Of a stretch of DNA of 52,974 nt, positions 9,318 through 16,472 are shown in pieces (within the stretch, counting starts at the first letter, position 1; every line of letters begins with the position of its first letter). Position numbers and translations under genes: made by a program. Source of the DNA: a virus (Duplodnaviria > Caudoviricetes); IMG/VR virus record IMGVR_UViG_3300048837_000214, positions 1-52,974 of that record. One strand, given 5' to 3'. The notes beneath the pieces were generated by a model, which was given only the letters and a program-made list of their open reading frames with translations, searched no databases and had not been told where the DNA came from.

Positions 9318-10021
9318 TACTGGACCCCCTCGGTGATGTGGTGCGGCGTGCCCTCGGCGATCTCCTCGGCCGTGCGCCACTCGGCTGAACCCGGATCGGC
9401 CGGGATCGGACTGCGGCTCTGGCGGTCGCGGCGGGCCTTCCGCAGTTTGTCGGTGTTTCCGGCGACCTGGACGGCGCTGGCCAGCGGCGGCTCGACCGAC
9501 ACCGGTGCGTCGGCCTCGTCGTCTCTCTCCTCGTCGTCTGCGGTGGCGTCGGGCATCTCGACGAGATTGCCCTGTCTGTCCTCGCCCTCGAGCGTGGTCT
9601 GCTCGGCGAACGTGACCTTCAGTGCCGCCGTGCCCTGGCCGATGGTAACGAAGTATTGACCCAGCGCCGCCCAGGCCGCGCTCTCGTTCGTGCGCAGGAC
9701 GAACCGGAGTTCGTGGCCGGTGACGTCACCCGCATCGTCCTTCGTCGGCGCCAGTGTGAAGTCGCCGACCTCGCTGGCCTCCATCTGGATCTCGGAGCGG
9801 CGAAGCGCCGCGTCGGTGGGTGTCAGGACCATGTTGACGGCGTTGACTTTGCCGCTGAGTTTGCAGGTCGTGACGCTCTCGGGAATCGGCTCCCAGCCCA
9901 TCGCCTGCTGGACGGGTTCGGAGTAATCGGCGGTCAGGTGGAGGCGCGTGAACGAGCCGCCCTCGTCGCGTCGAAGGTCGATGTAGCGGAGGGTGGTTCC
10001 GCGGAAGGTGATCTGTGGCAT
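9317..10021 (-). CDS. hypothetical protein (beta-rich N-domain, acidic tail)
   Basis: 234-aa ORF with AGGAG RBS, abutting both neighbours. Confidence 0.75.
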   Translation of the reverse strand: MPQITFRGTTLRYIDLRRDEGGSFTRLHLTADYSEPVQQAMGWEPIPESVTTCKLSGKVNAVNMVLTPTDAALRRSEIQMEASEVGDFTLAPTKDDAGDVTGHELRFVLRTNESAAWAALGQYFVTIGQGTAALKVTFAEQTTLEGEDRQGNLVEMPDATADDEERDDEADAPVSVEPPLASAVQVAGNTDKLRKARRDRQSRSPIPADPGSAEWRTAEEIAEGTPHHITEGVQ

Positions 10022-11290
10022 TTAGTTGTCTCCTGTTTCGTTGTCTGCGGGTTGCGTGATGGCCAGCGGTTCGCCCGCCGTCGCCCTCGCCGCCACCACT
10101 TGGTATTTGCTTCGTTTGGCGCCGGCCAGGAACTCGTCCCAGTTCTCGCCGACGATAGCCTCACAGTGATCGCAAACCATGAAGTCGAGCTTGCCGGGAA
10201 GCAAACTGGCGACCTGGAATGCGAGGAAGACTTGCTGCTGCGTGTTGACGTGATCGAGCGGCACGCCCTGGTAGTAGATCTCGCCGTCCCGCGGCTCGAC
10301 TCCCTCGATCGGCAACTGGCTCAGCTTCCGCTTCTTCAGTGCGTCGATGGCCTCGATCTGCCGGGACAGTTCCAGCGCCTCGCCGACCAGCGCCTTGGAC
10401 TGCGCCCGGAACTCGGTGATGCTGGCCTTGGTTTGCTTGGCGCGGGTCGCCTGTTCTGCCACGGCCTCGGCCACGCCGATGTCGTGGTTGATCGTTTCCA
10501 ATTCAGCGTTGATCCCGGCTGTGGCCTCACGGGCCTGCTTGGCGGCGTCTTCGGTGATCGCGTCGATCTGCCTCTGTGCCTCCTCCCGAATCCGCTGCTT
10601 TTCGATGGACGCCCAGGAGTTGATGCGTTCGTGGGTCGTGTGCAACATCGCCTTGGCCGCGTCCTGCCGCTGACGGATCACACGTAAACGCTCAGCCGCG
10701 TCCTCGTCGACCTCTGCCGGCAGGCTCTGCTGAAGGGTGGTGATCGTCCCATCCAGATTCTTCATCTGGAGGTTGGTTGCCGCCCGCCGCTCGTAGATGC
10801 CCTGCCGGAACGCCGCCAGTCCGTCGATATCCAACTGCTTCGCCGGCCGCGCGCCGCACTGCGCCTCGACCTCTTCCGGCGTGAAGTAGATCGGCATGGC
10901 CTTCAGTAGGAACGCCAGCCGGTCCTTTGGTTTCGCCGCCAAGAATGCCAGTGGGTCGTAGGCGAAGCCCTCGGCAAGTTGCTCGACGAACCGCTTGGGC
11001 GCCGGGATGACCGAGCCGTCCTCGGACTTGACCACTAGTGTCGAGCCCTTCTCTGTGACGGTCTTGGTGATAAGATGGCCGTCGCTGAGCCGGATCGCCA
11101 CGTAGCCCGACTCCGCGCCGTTTCTGAGCAGGGCGGGGTCATGCCCGCCCTCGAAGATGGATCGGATGGCGTCGAGCACGCTGGTCTTGCCGGTGCCGTT
11201 GTCGCCGCTCAGGATGTTGACCGAACCGAGTTCGAAGTCGAGCGCGTCGATACCCTTGATGTTGCGGATGCTGACGGACTCAATCTTCAT
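10022..11290 (-). CDS. SMC/Rad50-like AAA ATPase with coiled coil
   Basis: MKIESVSIRNIKGI start, Walker A GDNGTGKTS, long coiled coil and a degenerate Walker B (MVCDHCE). Confidence 0.82.
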   Translation of the reverse strand: MKIESVSIRNIKGIDALDFELGSVNILSGDNGTGKTSVLDAIRSIFEGGHDPALLRNGAESGYVAIRLSDGHLITKTVTEKGSTLVVKSEDGSVIPAPKRFVEQLAEGFAYDPLAFLAAKPKDRLAFLLKAMPIYFTPEEVEAQCGARPAKQLDIDGLAAFRQGIYERRAATNLQMKNLDGTITTLQQSLPAEVDEDAAERLRVIRQRQDAAKAMLHTTHERINSWASIEKQRIREEAQRQIDAITEDAAKQAREATAGINAELETINHDIGVAEAVAEQATRAKQTKASITEFRAQSKALVGEALELSRQIEAIDALKKRKLSQLPIEGVEPRDGEIYYQGVPLDHVNTQQQVFLAFQVASLLPGKLDFMVCDHCEAIVGENWDEFLAGAKRSKYQVVAARATAGEPLAITQPADNETGDN

Positions 11291-12237
11291 TGCTTCGCCG
11301 CCTTTCCAAACTTGACGCCCGGCTGCGTGCCCTGGAGTTCGGCGAGTTTCTTGTCCCGCACTTCGTCTTGCAGTTCCTGCGAGCCGGTTGTGGCCTTGCC
11401 CTCTAGAACCGCGTCCCACGTCGCCTCGCCGTCTTTGACCGTCCGGTAGACCTGGCGCAGTTCAGCCATCTCGGCCGGCTGGATCCGCTCGAGCGGGTGG
11501 CCGAGGTAGGTAGCGAGGTCACGCGGCCCGACACCGATGGCGTCGAAGGCGTCGATGAGGTCCGTCTTTTCCTTGTCGGGGTCTTTCGCTGCCTCGTTGC
11601 GCAGCGTCTTGCCGATCTCAACCTCGGCCTCGTCCGCGATGTAGCCAGGCAGAAGCCGAAGCGCCGCGGTCCGGATGGCTTTGCTGACCAGTGCGCCTTG
11701 CTTCTGGAGCAGTTCGTCCTCTGTCGCCACCACCACGAACACGGTGTCGCCGTAGGAGTTGGTCCGCTCGGCCAGCACCTCGCGCCCTTTGCGGTCTTTG
11801 CGTTCTACCGTCTTGTCAATGACAATCTGATTCGAGTAGGTCAAGTTCGCTTCCAAATCCGTCACCATGACCTGCAAGATCCGCTTGCCTGCGTCCTCGT
11901 AAATCACGCTTACGTCTGGCATCACGTTGCCCATGCTGCGCAGCGCGGCCTCGGCAAACCGAACCGACAAGCCCACGATGGTCTTGCCGCCGCGCGGCAG
12001 CCGGTACATGGCCGACGCCGCGAATGTCGGGCGCTTGCAATCGTGCAGGATGCGGCGCCGCACCTCATCCATGTCCCGCGGCCTCTGCATCGCCAGGATG
12101 TAGCGCGCCTCGACCGCGGCTTTCGCCTGCGCGGCCACCGCGGCCGTCGCTGTTTCCGCGCGAAGTTCAATCTCGCGCGACCCAAAGCCTTGTGTTGCCA
12201 CCGCACCCGGCTGGATGACGGCGAGTTCCGTGCTCAT
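11287..12237 (-). CDS. putative single-strand annealing / recombination protein
   Basis: A..PRD...F.A.AMY..PRGG..I.G.SVRFAE..GN pattern of a widespread phage family, located next to the SMC-like ATPase. GGAGG RBS. The function is inferred. Confidence 0.55.
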   Translation of the reverse strand: MSTELAVIQPGAVATQGFGSREIELRAETATAAVAAQAKAAVEARYILAMQRPRDMDEVRRRILHDCKRPTFAASAMYRLPRGGKTIVGLSVRFAEAALRSMGNVMPDVSVIYEDAGKRILQVMVTDLEANLTYSNQIVIDKTVERKDRKGREVLAERTNSYGDTVFVVVATEDELLQKQGALVSKAIRTAALRLLPGYIADEAEVEIGKTLRNEAAKDPDKEKTDLIDAFDAIGVGPRDLATYLGHPLERIQPAEMAELRQVYRTVKDGEATWDAVLEGKATTGSQELQDEVRDKKLAELQGTQPGVKFGKAAKQ

Positions 12238-12412
12238 TGTGTCTGCCTCCGTTTGTCGGGCGGCTGAGCCTGAGACATTTCCGCAGCCGCCCGTGCCGTT
12301 TGTGCGTCGTGGAATCGGCCACGTCCTACCCTGGACGCCCCAGGTCGGGCCCCTCATCTGTCGGCTTGCCTGCCATAGCTACCGAGCCATGAGGGTCTGA
12401 GAATTGGGTGAC

Positions 12413-12594
<182 letters not shown>

Positions 12595-12607
<13 letters not shown>

Positions 12608-12891
12608 ACCGGGACCGCCATAATGATCTTTGCCGCCGCTGGCGTCACGTTGAGAATCTCAATCGCTTCGGTCAATACCACGCCAGAAACAGGTTCCGGG
12701 AACTTGCAGTTTTGCGGCTTCGATGTGCCGCTCTGCGCCAACTGAGACAGGCTGGCCGCACCATCCCAGTACCACAGCCGCCTCGCATTTTTCATCACCA
12801 CTTCCTTGCCCTTCCGGGAAACAATCTCCCCGAAGAACACGCCCGCGCTGTAGGTGCGGACTATCTTGTATTTCGATCCACTGGTTGCCAT
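12595..12891 (-). CDS. DUF6948-like small phage protein
   Basis: IVRTYSAGVFFG...ARRLWYW.GAASLSQLA motif; GGAGG RBS before MATSGSK. Confidence 0.75.
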
Positions 12892-12912
12892 ACAACCTCC
12901 CTTCAAATTGAA

Positions 12913-13005
12913 TCGAGCGGCGCCGGTGCGCCAGGTTCTACCCCTGTCGCGGTCCACGCAAAAGGCGTCACCGAATGAGGTGGCCCCCATAGCTCCGCCG
13001 CTCGA
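12913..13005 (-). ncRNA. candidate multibranched structured RNA
   Basis: Perfect 10-bp closing helix TCGAGCGGCG/CGCCGCTCGA enclosing hairpins CACC-TCATTC-GGTG, ACGC-CTTTT-GCGT and CAGG-GGTAGAA-CCTG. Intergenic. Confidence 0.45.
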
Positions 13006-13007
13006 AC

Positions 13008-13066
13008 TGGTTGGCGCGGTCCGGAGTCGAACCAGGACCAAGGCCCCAAAGTTACCTTCCGCGCCA
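13008..13066 (-). ncRNA. 59-nt tRNA-like element lacking a D-arm
   Basis: Minus strand reads TGGCGCGG-AAGGT AACTTTGGG GCCTT-GGT-CCTGG TTCGACT CCGGA-CCGCGCCA-A-CCA: 8-bp acceptor stem, T-loop GGTTCGACTCC, one central hairpin and an encoded CCA. Confidence 0.6.
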
Positions 13067-13073
13067 TAAACTC

Positions 13074-13090
13074 TATTCAGTTGTCAAAGA
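13074..13090 (-). promoter_or_regulatory. boxA-like antitermination site
   Basis: TCTTTGACAACTGAATA resembles rrn/lambdoid boxA (E. coli rrn TGCTCTTTAACA) and sits just upstream of the structured RNAs. Confidence 0.5.
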
Positions 13091-13248
13091 TGGGGCGGCG
13101 TAGGAGATAAGGAAGAGCAGACCCGATCAAAAAGGGATTGAGACACCGCAGCGTTCAGCGCCTTGACCGTATCGTCCAACTGATGCTGGAGTGTCGTGAT
13201 CTTCTCCTGCGCCCACTTGGGGAGTCGGCTGAATTGCTCTGGTGTCAT
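13084..13248 (-). CDS. hypothetical small protein
   Basis: GGAGG RBS, ATGA overlap, MTPEQFSRLPKWAQEKI... Confidence 0.6.
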   Translation of the reverse strand: MTPEQFSRLPKWAQEKITTLQHQLDDTVKALNAAVSQSLFDRVCSSLSPTPPHL

Positions 13249-13610
13249 CTCGTCCTCCAGTTCCGCGCCGCGACCCCCGCCGTCGCGCCGGCCATGCCGA
13301 AGTTCACGATGGCAGCCGGGATCTTCGCCTTCGGGTTGCGCCGGATGGCCCATCGCTGGACGAGCAGGCAGCCCGTCACGATGCCGAGCTTGATCCCCGT
13401 CGCCTGCCAGCCGTACCGCTGGCCCCTGCCGAGGATGGGGTTGGCCTCGATCCCGCCCCAACTGCTGGCGATGTCCGCGCCCTGCGCCCCGATGGCGACC
13501 GCAACCGACGTGCGGTACAGCCTGTCGCCGGGGGACTGGCAGTGGGCCAGTTGAGCAAACCCAATGAGGCCGATGAGGATCAGTCCCCACCCAACGGTCT
13601 TGGGGCTCAT
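13245..13610 (-). CDS. DUF5658-like membrane protein
   Basis: N-terminal hydrophobic segment, AD..SS...EANP.L motif and three further hydrophobic segments. Confidence 0.6.
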   Translation of the reverse strand: MSPKTVGWGLILIGLIGFAQLAHCQSPGDRLYRTSVAVAIGAQGADIASSWGGIEANPILGRGQRYGWQATGIKLGIVTGCLLVQRWAIRRNPKAKIPAAIVNFGMAGATAGVAARNWRTR

Positions 13611-13768
13611 GACGCCCTCCTGCACGCCTTCTCGATCAGCGTTTCAATCCACTGCGCCATACTCATGCCGGCGAGAAACGCCGCGCGCCTCGCCTTGCGC
13701 CAAACGGCGACGTTCACGTTCCTTATGTTAACGTCTCTCCGTTCCTCATGCTTAACTCGTGTAGCCAT
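13607..13768 (-). CDS. ribbon-helix-helix (Arc/CopG-like) transcriptional regulator
   Basis: VNIRNV beta-ribbon, helix VWRKARRAAFLAG, then MSMAQWIETLIEKA. First gene after a sigma70-type promoter. Confidence 0.7.
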   Translation of the reverse strand: MATRVKHEERRDVNIRNVNVAVWRKARRAAFLAGMSMAQWIETLIEKACRRAS

Positions 13769-13812
13769 GTGTCCATCATGGACCCGTGGCGTTGGAGCGG
13801 TCAAGTAAAAAA
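13769..13812 (-). promoter_or_regulatory. early promoter (leaderless) with operator palindrome
   Basis: T-tract, TTGACC (13804-13799), 18-nt spacer, CATGAT (13780-13775), then ATG 7 nt downstream with no SD. Perfect inverted repeat GTCCAT-C-ATGGAC (13771-13783) covers the -10. Confidence 0.65.
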
Positions 13813-13863
13813 CGTGTTGGGATTGCCTAGGATAAATCCGAGGCGAGGATGGTACTTAGAAAC

Positions 13864-14337
13864 TTACGGCTTGGCCGGCCAGCGGTCCCACGCGAACGCG
13901 AGCACCGACGCCAGCGCGACCAGTGCGACCCATATGGCCCGCCACATCCGGGCAGAGCCCTCGCGCTCGCCGGCGTCATGGGCCTGCTGAACTTCGTCGG
14001 TCGTGTCCGACCGCTCCAAATCCTCGAGAACCGTGCTCAGCCGCTCGTGTCGCGCATTGCACGCGGCTTTAATGTCCTCCAGCTGCTTGAACATCGCGGG
14101 CGTGAAAGCATCCTGCGCGGCCTGGTTGACCATCATGCGGCCCCTGTCTGCCTCCAGCGACGTCACCCGCCCGTTGGTCAGATCCTGCCTTTTGATGACG
14201 GCGGCGAAGCCGGTATCGATCTCCCGGCGGATGCCCGCAAGGGTCGCGGTCGTCGCGGCGTGTGAGCCCTCCAGCCGGCCAAGACTCGCCAGGATGGACG
14301 TGAGCAGTTGATCGTGAGATTCCACGGCGTTCTCCAT
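13864..14337 (-). CDS. coiled-coil protein with C-terminal TM helix (holin/XhlA-like candidate)
   Basis: Heptad-rich body ending in MWRAIWVALVALASVLAFAW; last gene of the late block. Confidence 0.6.
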   Translation of the reverse strand: MENAVESHDQLLTSILASLGRLEGSHAATTATLAGIRREIDTGFAAVIKRQDLTNGRVTSLEADRGRMMVNQAAQDAFTPAMFKQLEDIKAACNARHERLSTVLEDLERSDTTDEVQQAHDAGEREGSARMWRAIWVALVALASVLAFAWDRWPAKP

Positions 14338-14341
14338 TAGT

Positions 14342-14488
14342 TCATTTCACCCGGTAATTCCGCCCGCTACCCACACCAGCGCCCCCGCCGTCGCAAAGTT
14401 CACCACGGTCATCCACCGCGATGTCCTGACTGGCGACCCGGGCCGCGAGGGGGAGGGAGAGCATCAAAAAACAAATCAGTCGAGCCAT
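14342..14488 (-). pseudogene. degenerate paralog of the DUF5658-like membrane gene
   Basis: AGGAG RBS and signal-like MARLICFLMLSLPLAA. An alternate frame gives VVNFATAGALVWVAG and the ORF frame ends RNYRVK, matching IVNFGMAGATAGVAARNWRTR of 13245-13610. Confidence 0.55.
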
Positions 14489-14537
14489 GTTGGCTCCTAG
14501 TAGATGGCAATCACAACGATCTCGTCAGCCCCGATAA

Positions 14538-15785
14538 TCATTGAATCCTTGCGTTCCCGGTCAGCGACACCTTGCCCGCCGTTCGCGCCGCTGGCCCTGC
14601 CGGCGGTTCGCTCTCTCCCTCCACCGCCTCCCGCGCTGGATGTGGGTAGGTGTACTTCGTGTAACTGGGCTTCGCCGCTGCCCCTACGAACACTTCGCGG
14701 TCATCCTGAACGATGGCATCCCACCCGTTCTGGTAGGCGTAAGACGTAGCCCGCGCCCCGGTGTTGTTCCAGGCGTAAATCGGATCAATGACGTTGTTCG
14801 TCCCGTTGTGGCCCCACCCCGGCTGCCGTGCCTGCGGGTAGGAACCCGGCGTCGTGTTGTCGCCAATGTCGAACAGGTTGGTGCTGCCGTAATCTGACGG
14901 CGCGGTCGTGTTGTTCACCACGTTGTCCGTAAAGATCCCGCTGCCGGCGCGAAACCAAAAGTACCTCGTCACGTTTCGCGGGGTGACCGTCATGCGGAAC
15001 GTGTTGTTGTAGGCCTCGAACCACCGGCCGCCATAGGTGGACGTGAACCCATGCGTGATCCAGGTGCAGCCGTCGATGAGGGAGTAGCGGCCCACCAGCC
15101 GGGCATTGTCGTCGATGTCCACCCCGCCCGTGTTCAGGAATGACGAGTCCTCGATGTAGACGTTCACGGCGCCGCCTGTATCCAGCGTGCCCATCGTGCT
15201 GGCAGTCGCCCATGCGCGGGGGGACTTCAGGTGGATGCTAACCGATGCGATCGACGGCCCCAAGTCTTCTCCCGGCGTGCCGAAGTCTGACCCATCGATT
15301 GAGATATTCCAAGCCACCCCGCCCTGCGAGAGCCATGCGATAAGCGCCACATCCTCCGCTGACCCGAAGCGTTCCTTATTCTCGAAGTGGCAGTCGAACA
15401 ACAGGGGAACCTTGCTGCCCGTGCCGGTGAACCGCACGGCGTTCACGTCGCCGGTCCCCTCGTCAAACCGGATGCCGCCCACCCCAACGTGGTAGGTATT
15501 GCCGCTCTGCATCTCGAACAGATTAGATGACGAGTTGTTGGTCAGCACCACGTTCCGCGTGGCCGTGCCCCCCGAAGTCGGCGTGTAGTTCTGCGCCCGG
15601 ATGATGATCTGCTTCGTCGTGGTGATCCCGGAAGTCCAAGTGCAGGAGCCGTTGGGGATCAAGACAGTATCCCCGTCCGAGGCCGCGCCGACTGCTGTGT
15701 TGACGTGATCCCGGCTGCACGATGAGGCCACGACCTCAGTGCCCCAGGCCGAGGCGGCAACCAGGAGTGCAAGCGCCAGTTTCAT
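14538..15785 (-). CDS. secreted pectin-lyase-fold (beta-helix) protein
   Basis: Signal peptide MKLALALLVAASAWG; SCS...VN.AV.AASDGDTVLIP.GSCTW beta-helix cap; YTYPHP near the C-terminus. Confidence 0.75.
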   Translation of the reverse strand: MKLALALLVAASAWGTEVVASSCSRDHVNTAVGAASDGDTVLIPNGSCTWTSGITTTKQIIIRAQNYTPTSGGTATRNVVLTNNSSSNLFEMQSGNTYHVGVGGIRFDEGTGDVNAVRFTGTGSKVPLLFDCHFENKERFGSAEDVALIAWLSQGGVAWNISIDGSDFGTPGEDLGPSIASVSIHLKSPRAWATASTMGTLDTGGAVNVYIEDSSFLNTGGVDIDDNARLVGRYSLIDGCTWITHGFTSTYGGRWFEAYNNTFRMTVTPRNVTRYFWFRAGSGIFTDNVVNNTTAPSDYGSTNLFDIGDNTTPGSYPQARQPGWGHNGTNNVIDPIYAWNNTGARATSYAYQNGWDAIVQDDREVFVGAAAKPSYTKYTYPHPAREAVEGESEPPAGPAARTAGKVSLTGNARIQ

Positions 15786-16471
15786 TGCTTCGGCCCCGCC
15801 ATGCCGATTGCGATGGAGTTGGTCCCGTATCCGGACCAGGTGAATGTCGAACTCGCCGCCGTGCAGGATGCCGCCGAGATGCCGACGCCGCCGCCATCAA
15901 TTGCAAAATGCTCATCGGTCGTGCAGCCCGTCACCGTGCGGATATCGGTCGTGTCCATCTGGATCGATGTGCCGATGCCACCAGCCGGCACCGTGAGGAC
16001 TTGGTTCCCTGAAGTGGTGATGGTGCAGGTATAGTTGACCGCTGACTGGCTGGCATTCTTCAGGTGCACAACTGTTCCAACCACGCCGTAGCTTGGCCCG
16101 CTGCTATATGTGACCGTGAGGTTTGCCGCGCCTGTCGCTGTCGGAGCAATGCCGACGTAGCAACGCCCCCGCATGAAGCCGTTGCCTGCCGTCGCGCTGC
16201 CTACGGCGGTCCACGTTGCACCCGCACCGGAAATCCCGGTCGGGTCTACCGCGCCCTCTGTGGCGGTCCCGATCATGACGAACAGCGCCCGATTTGTCCC
16301 TGCCGTCATGCTGGGGGTGACAACCGTGACACTGGTGCTTGCTGCATAGCCGTCGCCAGAGATGGCTTCCAACGCAACATCCGCACCCGCCGCCGCTTTC
16401 TTCTTGGGCAGGATGATAATTTGGGGCCACGCGAGAGCGGCCCCCAGGATGAGGGTGAGTAGAAGTCTCAT
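15782..16471 (-). CDS. secreted beta-rich adhesin-like protein
   Basis: Signal peptide MRLLLTLILGAALAWP|Q followed by a Thr/Gly/Ala-rich beta-strand body. Confidence 0.72.
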   Translation of the reverse strand: MRLLLTLILGAALAWPQIIILPKKKAAAGADVALEAISGDGYAASTSVTVVTPSMTAGTNRALFVMIGTATEGAVDPTGISGAGATWTAVGSATAGNGFMRGRCYVGIAPTATGAANLTVTYSSGPSYGVVGTVVHLKNASQSAVNYTCTITTSGNQVLTVPAGGIGTSIQMDTTDIRTVTGCTTDEHFAIDGGGVGISAASCTAASSTFTWSGYGTNSIAIGMAGPKQ

Positions 16472-16472
16472 G

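Noticed and set aside
13805-13850. Terminator ending the late operon
   Set aside because: The GCCTCGGA/TCCTAGGC stem is mismatched and the T-run is 12 nt away; the T-run is better explained as the UP element of the early promoter.
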